Source of the DNA: Barthelona sp. PCE
Taxonomy: Eukaryota
Assembly (NCBI GenBank): GCA_040285745.1
Contig: JAUFOR010000004.1
Location: 496,001 to 560,000, forward strand
Length of the DNA stretch: 64,000 bases
Direction: 5' to 3'
The translations under genes and the position numbers were made by a program. Positions 23,101-31,472 of this stretch are shown one piece after another (position 1 is the stretch's first letter; every line of letters begins with the position of its first letter). The notes beneath the pieces were generated by a model. The model saw nothing but the letters and a program-made list of their open reading frames with translations. It had not been told where the DNA came from and ran no database searches.

Positions 23101-23319
23101 ATCAAGGCTTTCAACGGTGGCGAAGAGATCTGCGTGCTTCAGATGAATCCCTTAAGAATGGAGTTCTTTTACTTTGAAAGATCTCTTGGTGTTTTTAATC
23201 TCGGTAATGTACGCACTCGCATTAAGAATATTGTACGGTCTGAAACCATGAAGGGTTTGTACACCCTTGTTGACATTAGTAATGAGAGACATGATGTTTT
23301 TATCGAATTACCGTATTAG
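20197..23319 (+). CDS. Beta-propeller plus helical-repeat protein, possibly a divergent WDR7/WDR72-like protein
   Basis: 1040-aa ORF; N-terminal WD-like strands (FSVGSSEGSVMLF, ITTHLNGLICIFSI), helical C-terminal half. The family call is tentative. Confidence 0.5.
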   Translation: MNDVFASTLSGFSLTSPESLTGGFSLNDEKREFYIGLVSVNHSSTFTPSCDSLKCNLNLFSVGSSEGSVMLFTYLNDELKKFMVYTPLYQDSPSCCINIEMCNLQSDVFIITTHLNGLICIFSINNCTISRLFKLDNMIKQCVVVHNSLFLIDEFSHIHKLNFSDLSLYSLKCDIPEAVDHCFTVFHKDCYYLVIYSLLGDLRFYNLLEEQYYDSPPNIEATFEKLQINSGLVNSLNYFTIFHITDTCFQLFDLIGSVLGEHILEDGEEYCSYFIAKKEYICILTSKKRVLCFLNGIYVSECVFPSENYAYSVFYNEDNYFFPIISESHTISFKYSPRLKPKMNVDFAIKNDCGVDCLSVLFLKDDTIYLSFDTDVSHTFTGRNFTHVIHWGDKGVIATEEKAVLFFPNFKNGIPFHFHCSAHITSIKIINKHIIVFKHRIGVTVCFVHGAERDHRIISRFISLHGVFDCWLEAAHLVLRASHDRVLRYDLSTDVLFTSIPKSEVWEDRMSESLDDECRPAVMVDKRYFLRPLMIDLIALDSRVSKRLVYQILRVLFTCRELLRTNNRFGIDAFLDFDVAVTTTTTKGILIPLTNHINEIPVLSDIMCCVVCALINLYARFNSRVQKDMMLLCSTLPSQLLVDCSFEIASHSFSLISSMILTRVSAVVLAARDVLEIALCYVTGNQSDNSQVRHLANQLRLDAGEVPTLRHLVRHFLKADKDDDTFLSLDAMSKVVSSSLLLTTFFTFDHALTPLLYDQLDILHVMLLNFLKQSNFHSFAYMMMNIDNFIKNPFILNNLELFYSILLQISVNEKDNFDVFSAFHSMLILLKTFPEKSVKMYLKLIRKKDYNYQFKILLLKVLQYVLLNHIFDDNTMRHYFSTFWDICFYILSPDYILFSNEHLRKSCQNFLSKLVEYTPFLEFLLSEGTNAPEFLLVGIDKKRVNKFNIVTFRKARKYKLSSSATPSLIKAFNGGEEICVLQMNPLRMEFFYFERSLGVFNLGNVRTRIKNIVRSETMKGLYTLVDISNERHDVFIELPY

Positions 23320-23671
23320 CTCAAGTTTTGAAACATAGTTAGTAAATATTTCGGATGTACAACTGATGTATGAAGTAAGTTAAACTTAAATGGCGTATGA
23401 AGTGTTGAATGCTTTTCTCATCTCTGCATTTATTATGAATCATTCTGTCTCTGCTGTAGCTTTATTTCACTATGGGTATGCTATGAACGCAAAGGATCGT
23501 GAAGAAATCTTGGATTTGGATGTATAATTGCAGCCTCTGAAAAAAGCTTTCTTGAGCACAAATATGCACGATAGTCACATCACTCCAAATTGCAAAAAAA
23601 GTCTGAAACTATTAAATTAATGGACTTAAAATTCTGAAAGCTTTATTCTATCCCATTTCACAATATCTGAG

Positions 23672-25285
23672 ATGATAAACCCTGCAAGATATCGTGAGAA
23701 GACACCTGCTATTGCAGAGAAGCGTTCTAAAACAAAAAGAATGTGCCCCAAAGTTTCATCTTTAACTGACATTGAAAATGAGGATTTTCTTCGTCACAAT
23801 ATCGAACGCGCCGCTGCGACAAAGGTATATTTACCAACCTTTGCTCAACTTAAGGATCCTTCATTAATCCCTGATTCTGTCAAAGATCAGCTTAAAGGCG
23901 TAGATAAAGAAGAAGTGAACCCTCTGAACCTGTTCCGCTTCGGTTGGTACAATGGAGAAGAAGGATTTAATGACGTTCCGGAAAGTTTCGAGCTTCCATC
24001 AGTTTTAACTGGTGTACCATGCAAGATCGTAATTCTCCCTGGTGCTAAGATGCCATCCAACACACACAAATCTGGCCCAGCATACTCCAACTTCGTGTCC
24101 AAAATCGTAACCGGAAAGGTTGATATCACACAGCACCGTGTCATGTTCCCCTCGACAGGAAACTACTGCAGAGGTGGTGTACTCATCTCAAAAATGCTCG
24201 GTGCCAACCCTCTGGCTGTCCTTCCCGCGAAAATGTCAAGGGAACGTTTTGAATACATGGAAAAACTCGAGGCTGAGATTATCAAAACTACAGGTCAAGA
24301 ATCAAATATCTTTAACGTCGTCGACAACATGGGCGCGCAGGACGATGTCGTTGTATGCAACCAATTTACTGATATGGCAAATCCGATATTCCACTATGCA
24401 TGCACTGGCGATGCCATGCGTCGTGTATGGGAGAACATGGTGCACATTGATGAGCTCGAGAGCGACGTGGAGGAAGCCGACTTCGAGACAGAGCTCAACC
24501 TCACCGGATGTTTCTTTGCGTCTGGGTCAAGCGGTACTCTTGCGAGTTATCAGTACTTAAAGCAGTTCTATCCAAACATCCTGTTGGGTGTCGGTGAGTC
24601 TGTGGAGGGCCCCATTCTCTTTGAGAACGGTGTCGGTGCTACCAAGCGCTCACGCATTGAAGGTACTACCGATAAGATCGTACCTCTCGTCTTTAACGTA
24701 CGCGAGATGGATTTCCTCGCCTCAATGTTCTCTGACGATGTCCTCCGTCTGTTCAGACTCTTTAACGAGCCCATGGGACATGAGTACTTAAAGTCAATTG
24801 GTGTACCTCAGGAGACCATCGACATTCTCCACTACTTCGGCCTTTCTTCTTGCGCTAACATCATCGGCTGTATCAAGATGGCAAAGTACTACGAGTTAAA
24901 TGAGAATGATGTTCTGTTCACCGTTGCAACCGACTCTAACATCATGTACTTTTCTGTGCTGGAAGAACTGCGCGCCAAGAGCGAGTATACCCCCACACAG
25001 GCAGCAGTTGACTTCCATTCCACCCTGATATACCAGCGTACGGACTACTCAACAGAGTTGCGTTACCACGATCTCCGCAGAATCCACAATCTCAAACATT
25101 TCACGTGGGTTGAGCAGCACCATATTCCTGTTGACACCCTCACACAACAGTGGTATCGCCCTAACTGGTTCAAGTGTCGCCTTGAGCTTTGGCACAAGTA
25201 CGATCGACTCATTGCTGAATTCAACAAAGAGAGTGGTCTTATGGATCTTTATGATGATGATTATCAGAGATCTCTCTTGCAATAA
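23672..25285 (+). CDS. PLP-dependent fold-type II enzyme (cysteine synthase/TrpB-like), bacterial-type subfamily
   Basis: MPSNTHKSGPAY (PLP lysine), FPSTGNYCRGG, MSRERF, NQF, SGSSGTL, RIEG, RIHNLKHFTWVEQ. Confidence 0.85.
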   Translation: MINPARYREKTPAIAEKRSKTKRMCPKVSSLTDIENEDFLRHNIERAAATKVYLPTFAQLKDPSLIPDSVKDQLKGVDKEEVNPLNLFRFGWYNGEEGFNDVPESFELPSVLTGVPCKIVILPGAKMPSNTHKSGPAYSNFVSKIVTGKVDITQHRVMFPSTGNYCRGGVLISKMLGANPLAVLPAKMSRERFEYMEKLEAEIIKTTGQESNIFNVVDNMGAQDDVVVCNQFTDMANPIFHYACTGDAMRRVWENMVHIDELESDVEEADFETELNLTGCFFASGSSGTLASYQYLKQFYPNILLGVGESVEGPILFENGVGATKRSRIEGTTDKIVPLVFNVREMDFLASMFSDDVLRLFRLFNEPMGHEYLKSIGVPQETIDILHYFGLSSCANIIGCIKMAKYYELNENDVLFTVATDSNIMYFSVLEELRAKSEYTPTQAAVDFHSTLIYQRTDYSTELRYHDLRRIHNLKHFTWVEQHHIPVDTLTQQWYRPNWFKCRLELWHKYDRLIAEFNKESGLMDLYDDDYQRSLLQ

Positions 25286-25313
25286 ATAGACATGCGCTAT
25301 TAAAAACAATTTA

Positions 25314-26822
25314 TTAGTATTGATACGAGTATCTATCAACGATATGGATGTCACGTGACTTTGGGTAAATAACCCTATAGTTGTTCTCGATTACTGCCGA
25401 CTTGCCCGGTGACAATGACACCTTGCGCGTGACGACTTGGTCCTCAACACGATGATAATCATGTTTAACAGTCATCTCTGTAGATTCAACTGTAGGAATG
25501 ACTGTCTTGCACTCAAACTCAATCATTTGATCATAATTATTAACAATACGCCACTTCTTATTAAAGTCTCGGACGGCTGATTGTTGGAAGAACTGCTTCT
25601 TGTGCTTGACAGAATTGTCTGGCATAAGCTGGACATGTACTCCATCTAGTCTCATGAGATCGATACCACTGTTACTGTCTCTGTATGTTGTTTTCGAGAC
25701 CAGATGACCATCGACAAACACGCTTACACGATCCCCGTCCTTGAAGAAGCGTGTAGTATCATTGAGTGAGAAGTGCGCATACACACATTTTGACTCTCTC
25801 GGATGCAAAATAGCCTTGAGCTCTCCCTCTATCTCAACGACCTCCGTGCGTACGGTAACTGCTTGGCCTCTTACAAGATCTGCAGTGAAAGAAATGTGGC
25901 GAGTCCCAAGTTCCGAGTCTCGCTCTGTTTCTGCGTTCCCTGACTCGTTTCCTCCTCCTCCGTAGAACATAGTGCTAGCGTCCATCGCCATCTCAGCCAT
26001 AGGAGCGTGTTTTCCTCGCATAACTCTGGCTGCTGAGGGTACAGGATAACCAGCGTAATACTCAATCCTTTGATGCAAGAGCTGCGGAAGCTCGATAAAT
26101 GAAGGTGTCATCTCGGTAATTGTGACAAGGACATTCTTCATGGTCACCGGTGAAGTGAGTGTTATACGATTGGTAACTGTTAATGATGTATTAGTATTGA
26201 GAGAACTCAATAATCCAGCTTTGTCAACCGTTATATCCTTACGGACCTCAAAATTCTTCTGCTCATACATGATCTCCAATGGTTTATCCTTTGAGATAGT
26301 CTTTGAAAATCCAAACACTTCAAAATACCAAGTTTTCTTATTGTACTGACGAATATCGTTCTCTAGATCCTTGAGTTTCATATTCATATCATTGCTCTTT
26401 CTTTTAGCAGCAACAACACGCTCTACAAAGTTCATTACTCGTTCATTGCACGTCTCGAAATCCTGCATGTCAGAAAGACAAACATTTAGTTGCTTAGAAG
26501 CTGCCCCATTCAGGATATTAACCATCTGCTTGTTAACTGCGATCTTGCCCTTCAGATCCTCAATCTCATTATGCTTTTCCAACCACTGTTGAGATTCTTT
26601 AACAAGACTGCGAATATTGCCCATGTTGCTAATAAAAGAGTGGCGATCAGCGCTAGGATGGAGTTCAACCCATAAAGAGTCCAGACCCTCAACATCCTGA
26701 AGCTGATATACGCTGCTCACAACAGCATTGCCCAAACGAGAAACTTTTATATGTCTTGAGGATGGTTCCACGTGACATCTCGTTAAAACAAATAAAACAA
26801 GTATTACCAACGGTAGTTTCAT
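25314..26822 (-). CDS. Secreted DUF4140/DUF4139 (TIGR02231-like) protein
   Basis: Signal peptide from ATG 26822 (MKLPLVILVLFVLTRC), coiled-coil insert, APMAEMAM linker, VSVFVDGHLVSKT, C-terminal VSLSPGKSAVIENNYRVIYPK. Confidence 0.7.
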   Translation of the reverse strand: MKLPLVILVLFVLTRCHVEPSSRHIKVSRLGNAVVSSVYQLQDVEGLDSLWVELHPSADRHSFISNMGNIRSLVKESQQWLEKHNEIEDLKGKIAVNKQMVNILNGAASKQLNVCLSDMQDFETCNERVMNFVERVVAAKRKSNDMNMKLKDLENDIRQYNKKTWYFEVFGFSKTISKDKPLEIMYEQKNFEVRKDITVDKAGLLSSLNTNTSLTVTNRITLTSPVTMKNVLVTITEMTPSFIELPQLLHQRIEYYAGYPVPSAARVMRGKHAPMAEMAMDASTMFYGGGGNESGNAETERDSELGTRHISFTADLVRGQAVTVRTEVVEIEGELKAILHPRESKCVYAHFSLNDTTRFFKDGDRVSVFVDGHLVSKTTYRDSNSGIDLMRLDGVHVQLMPDNSVKHKKQFFQQSAVRDFNKKWRIVNNYDQMIEFECKTVIPTVESTEMTVKHDYHRVEDQVVTRKVSLSPGKSAVIENNYRVIYPKSRDIHIVDRYSYQY

Positions 26823-27011
26823 TCTAAACAAATGAAAGGCTTCAAAAAAACTAAAACGATAGTTTCTCCGCTTAGAGCTGCTACATACACTGACAATGGC
26901 CGACAAGCGGTGAATTCACTGCACTAAACAGAAGGGTTTACGAATGAGACATTTTCAAATTGCAAAACTATTTTCAACTGTTAAGCAAAACAAACATTTA
27001 CTTAAAGTATG

Positions 27012-27086
27012 TTTACAGTGATGAAACTTATCCTGTGGTTCTGAAGTGTGACAGCGATGAAGAATTAAGATAAGGCTGAATGTAAC
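27012..27086 (+). ncRNA. Box C/D snoRNA candidate
   Basis: Box C GTGATGA 27018-24, D' CTGA 27041-44, C' GCGATGA 27054-60, D CTGA 27076-79; terminal stem TTACA/TGTAA. The D' guide TTATCCTGTGGT is antisense, with one gap, to conserved LSU rRNA ACCACAGGGATAA. Confidence 0.75.
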
Positions 27087-27150
27087 AATTGTACTTATTT
27101 TTAGATAAAAATTATTATTATCTCGTTGCCTATGACACATTTTCGAATTT

Positions 27151-27177
27151 AATTTAACCATAATTTAACCATAATTT
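27151..27177. repeat. Short tandem duplication (AATTTAACCAT)x2.5
   Basis: aatttaaccat aatttaaccat aattt, intergenic. Confidence 0.6.
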
Positions 27178-27330
27178 TTGTCACATCTTTTTTTCTTTTT
27201 TTTTAAAGCATTTGATCATCGCTTGAGGTGTATATATTAATAAACAATCTGTACATGAAAATTTAACTGTATTATTACTTATTTAAACTTGTTTCAATTT
27301 TATCTCCCTTTCCAAACACAATATACTAAA

Positions 27331-27732
27331 ATGAAGAACGTTTTTTCGATCACGGTTCTACTTAGCATCCTTTTATGTTTGTCATTTGTCTTGGGAAGAG
27401 AAAGCCCAGATCAGAAGGGTTACCCCGTGATGGGTGGTATTTCATCCCAACAACCTTTAACAGACGAAGCAAGAGCTCTTCTGTCACGCATAGAGGAGGA
27501 AATTTTTGCCGAAATCACACAATTCTACCCTAAAAATCCCAATGACGGTACAAACCCCATGACTTTTAATCTGGAGTATCTGGAAATGGCTACCCAGGTC
27601 GTTGCCGGCAAACGTTACACTGTCCATGCCCGTGTTAACAACGATATTGTCGTTCATATTGATTTTATTCACCAAGCTTGGCAAGATTCTGTTACCTTTA
27701 TGAGTTGCTTCATTGATTATACATACGAATAG
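27331..27732 (+). CDS. Secreted cystatin (cysteine protease inhibitor)
   Basis: Signal peptide from ATG 27331, N-terminal GG, QVVAG motif, QAW in place of the PW motif. Confidence 0.88.
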   Translation: MKNVFSITVLLSILLCLSFVLGRESPDQKGYPVMGGISSQQPLTDEARALLSRIEEEIFAEITQFYPKNPNDGTNPMTFNLEYLEMATQVVAGKRYTVHARVNNDIVVHIDFIHQAWQDSVTFMSCFIDYTYE

Positions 27733-27925
27733 GTTATATGTATGTTATATTGCAATATAATGAGGTTTTGTTAATGCCACAAAATTGTAAATAAAGTCTT
27801 AGTTGTTATTTTAGAACTGATTTGTGATGATCAACATTTCAATAAACCACAAATATCCTGATAAAACTTGAAATAAATGTTTTCTAAAATGTTTTCATTT
27901 ATTTCTCCCAATTCTTGCATTGGCA

Positions 27926-30900
27926 ATGCGTAACTTCAGTTTCATAAGCTGGCTGAAGCAGCCGTACAGGACCCCAAACCTGACGATTACATCAGTTGCT
28001 TCTATGGAAATTGATGCTGATATGCATCAAAACATGTTCGTTGGATCACTTGAAGGTCAGTTAATGCGTTTTGTTGACAAGAGACGCGATGACATGCACA
28101 ATTTTAAAGCAGAAATCCATAAATTAAGGATATTTGCTGACCGTTTTCTCTATGTTCATAGTGGGGGATCATTTTATGTTGGGACCATAGCGATCGAGAG
28201 CTCACAGATGCCCTTTGCAAACGTTCCAGTTGAAGGTCAGGTCAAGTGTTTCGACATGCATACTTTTATGTTCAACGATAAAGAGAGGTGTATAATTCAT
28301 TTGGCAACCAACAGAGGCGTCTATGTTCTCGATGATGCAGCCCAAATTATTGCTTACTATTCATTCAACGGTTGCTCTGTTTTCATTGATAGCTGTTTGG
28401 ACATACTCTCCATCTCACCAACCAGGTGCGTGCTAGCATTTCAAGGAGAGAAGTTCTATCTCTTTGAACACGAATTTTGCCTTGATAACGAGGCAGACCT
28501 GCACCAAATCATTGCTGATATTCATGTCTCTCGATATCCCATATCTTACACCCCTTCACCCCCACATGTCCGCTACCTGTTCGACCATGGTAGTCCATCA
28601 GGTAATAATAATAGATGTTTACTTACAAAGCATAAGGAAGGGTTCATGTTTGTTAGAAACGGAATAATTTTCTCATATGATGGTAATGGAGAGCCCCTTT
28701 CCTCACTGGATGATCTCCCCATTGCAGTTGATCCACACGCAACCAAGATCTTCTCTAATGACTTTTTACTTTTCATCACTTCTTCCAACGCACCGCACTT
28801 TTCTTTATATTTCCCAAAGATCTACAATAATACAGAGATTGATAAGCGAATGTTCCAGATGGTGAGCAGCTTCTCTTCCTTCGATATTAAATCACTTGAT
28901 GCATGTCAGTCCTTTCCTAAGGGTGTTTCAAGGCTGTGTCTTGGTGTGGGTGAAACTGTTGTGTTGGGCACCGTCGCCAACGTTAAAGACATATTCACAG
29001 ACATGCAGGCAAGGCTGTCGGAGATAGATAACGCCTTTGTTATGTTACGGGAGTTCCACCATGAGCTGGTTGACATTTTTTCCACTAATAAGGTTAATGT
29101 TGCGGTGTGTGAGCTACTCTCAAAACTCCACCTGAAGAAAGCTGAACTTCTGTACGGCATAAAGAAAAATCCAGAGGCCATCGACTGCTTGCTACAGGCA
29201 AAGATAGGATGGACTGACATTAAATCGTTCAGGCTCATCAGAGATACGCTCGAGATGGTGGACAACAAGGTATCGATCAAGAGCAAGACCAAGCATAGAC
29301 TAACTTTCACTGATATGGAGAGAGATAGCTTGAAAGAATTGAGACGTACTTTGGAAGGTTGCGAACAATATCTGCTTGAATTTAAGGATATTGCGACCCG
29401 TATGGCGAAGCAGTCAAGCGACGCGCAATCATTTAAGGAGCTCATTGATTGCTTTTCAGTCGTCTTTGATCTTTACAACGTTGATATTGAAAATTTCTTT
29501 GTGCAGTTTATGATTGCAAATAATCACATTTTAGCATCCAGTTTTGCCAACATTGAAGAATTGCAGGAGTTCTTTACATTGGAAACAGCAAAGAGTTACC
29601 CTGCAACAATGCTTGGTAATATACTCTACAGTATCAATGAGCAGTTATCTACGATTGATGAGGTCAGGTTAAACGTTGAGTACATATCAAGTTATAAGAA
29701 CTTGTTTGCCTCACTGAGCTCACTGAAGCATTTGAGCGAAGAGGCTATTCTAACTTTTTTGGACAAACATAATATTAACACAATTTTCATCTCATATGCT
29801 CTGCACAGGGCTTCGACAACGAACGGGTTCGCAAACAGAGCGATCCAGAAGTCATTGAAGGCTATCTCCGATTACAAAACCATGAACAAACCGCCACATG
29901 ACAAAGACACTTTCAAGAGAGACGTTACTCTTCTGTTCCAGCCCATTGACGCGACAGACGACACAGTCCAGGCGCTCGTAGACTTCTGCAAGGTCGAGCT
30001 CCAGGACAGAATTCAAGTGCTCTTCTACGTGTGTGGATTCTTCGCTCCTATATATCACGACTCCTCCAACCATCTTATGGACAGCGGGGACATTATCGAA
30101 TACCTGCTCACGAGCACCAACAACGCCACGTTTGAGGAGCTCATATCTAATAGACGATTGAGCAGCGATCTGGGCTTCATTGCGGGATTCTTCCACGTGA
30201 TCAACGAGTTCATTGAGTCGAAGACCGTCACAGAGCTCGACAGGAAGCGAGGTGTCCATCGTAAGGATCGACGTGATGAAGCATTCGATTTGGTATCATC
30301 CTTGATGAAAAAGTTCAGGATTTATCTCGGAAAGGTCATGGATGATCTGAGGGACTATAATAATGCTAAAACGAACGTAGATGTGATGGAAAACCTGCAG
30401 CACGTCATCAAGGCGTTGCCCTATAACCTCATGCCCTTTTCTCAATTCGTTGAACATGTTCAGGTCCTGCGTGATCATGTGCAAGTCTATCTCTCATGCT
30501 TCTACAGCCCACGCATCGTGACGTCTCTCTCGAGCAAGATCGAAATGAACGATTTATTGATGCAGTTTAACAGAGAAGAGTTCCCGGCCAAACATCGGGA
30601 GGAAATTAGAATGATCTTTTTGGAGAGCCTGGCATACTCGGTTGACATCGACATCGTCGTCAAGCCAGTGTTTAACGCGTTGCTGGAGGCGTACCTGAAC
30701 AAATTGGATAAGAACGGGTATGAGCCGATGATTAACCCTGAGTTCTCAGAAGAATGCAACATCACGGACGAAGATCTCGTCGACAGGTTGCTGCCGCCAG
30801 GCGTTGAACCCAGGTTCGGAAGGCTTCGCTGGAAGATATACACACTTCTGAACAGAATACCACATGATTACCTGCGAGCCATTAAACCCACGTTCAGCTC

Positions 30901-31453
30901 ACATCCCATCAGGGAGAAGCTGCCCCTGGAGCACGCGTTCCTTTTGACAAGGTTAGGAGATTTTTCTGGTGCTTTCAGACTGCTTATTCAACATAATTGC
31001 GTCAAGATGGCTTTCGATCTACTCAAGCTCTATCCCGACTCTGATGCCATCATGACACTGGTTATACAGTTCTTAAAGAGTGATTCCACTGCTTTCCATG
31101 AGCTCGGTTGTTCCCTAATATGGAAGTGGAGGGATAGTATCGATGTGAGGCGCCTTTTAGATGAACTGCCGACAGACATTAAGCTCGGCTCGATGTATGC
31201 GTATTTGAAATGGATTTTGGAGAGCACAAATTCCACTCGGAATGATTACATTACGAAAAAATCATTTTTGGAACGAAAAAGGGCAATGCTGTTAGCTAAG
31301 CGTAATGATTTAATCAGTAGACCTATTGTTGTCGAATACAGTACTATGTGTCATCATTGTGGTAATTCCATTGGTACCAGTGCGTTTGTCTATGATAAGG
31401 GACAAATTTTACACAGTTATTGTGCATCAAAGCAGATGAAGAATAGAAAATAA
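27926..31453 (+). CDS. VPS39: Vps39/Vam6/Vps3-family HOPS/CORVET subunit
   Basis: N-terminal propeller, helical solenoid, LDELPTDIKL, C-terminal CHHCGNSIGTSAFVY...HSYC zinc finger. Confidence 0.75.
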   Translation: MRNFSFISWLKQPYRTPNLTITSVASMEIDADMHQNMFVGSLEGQLMRFVDKRRDDMHNFKAEIHKLRIFADRFLYVHSGGSFYVGTIAIESSQMPFANVPVEGQVKCFDMHTFMFNDKERCIIHLATNRGVYVLDDAAQIIAYYSFNGCSVFIDSCLDILSISPTRCVLAFQGEKFYLFEHEFCLDNEADLHQIIADIHVSRYPISYTPSPPHVRYLFDHGSPSGNNNRCLLTKHKEGFMFVRNGIIFSYDGNGEPLSSLDDLPIAVDPHATKIFSNDFLLFITSSNAPHFSLYFPKIYNNTEIDKRMFQMVSSFSSFDIKSLDACQSFPKGVSRLCLGVGETVVLGTVANVKDIFTDMQARLSEIDNAFVMLREFHHELVDIFSTNKVNVAVCELLSKLHLKKAELLYGIKKNPEAIDCLLQAKIGWTDIKSFRLIRDTLEMVDNKVSIKSKTKHRLTFTDMERDSLKELRRTLEGCEQYLLEFKDIATRMAKQSSDAQSFKELIDCFSVVFDLYNVDIENFFVQFMIANNHILASSFANIEELQEFFTLETAKSYPATMLGNILYSINEQLSTIDEVRLNVEYISSYKNLFASLSSLKHLSEEAILTFLDKHNINTIFISYALHRASTTNGFANRAIQKSLKAISDYKTMNKPPHDKDTFKRDVTLLFQPIDATDDTVQALVDFCKVELQDRIQVLFYVCGFFAPIYHDSSNHLMDSGDIIEYLLTSTNNATFEELISNRRLSSDLGFIAGFFHVINEFIESKTVTELDRKRGVHRKDRRDEAFDLVSSLMKKFRIYLGKVMDDLRDYNNAKTNVDVMENLQHVIKALPYNLMPFSQFVEHVQVLRDHVQVYLSCFYSPRIVTSLSSKIEMNDLLMQFNREEFPAKHREEIRMIFLESLAYSVDIDIVVKPVFNALLEAYLNKLDKNGYEPMINPEFSEECNITDEDLVDRLLPPGVEPRFGRLRWKIYTLLNRIPHDYLRAIKPTFSSHPIREKLPLEHAFLLTRLGDFSGAFRLLIQHNCVKMAFDLLKLYPDSDAIMTLVIQFLKSDSTAFHELGCSLIWKWRDSIDVRRLLDELPTDIKLGSMYAYLKWILESTNSTRNDYITKKSFLERKRAMLLAKRNDLISRPIVVEYSTMCHHCGNSIGTSAFVYDKGQILHSYCASKQMKNRK

Positions 31454-31472
31454 ACAGTTAGTTAGTTTGCTT

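Noticed and set aside
26930-27086. U3 identity for the snoRNA (AGTGTGA resembles box B)
   Set aside because: No GAC/box A (GATCATTTC) 5' domain upstream; an ordinary guide snoRNA fits better
27824-27861. Second C/D box pair GTGATGA...CTGA
   Set aside because: Only 38 nt, no C'/D' boxes and no recognisable rRNA guide
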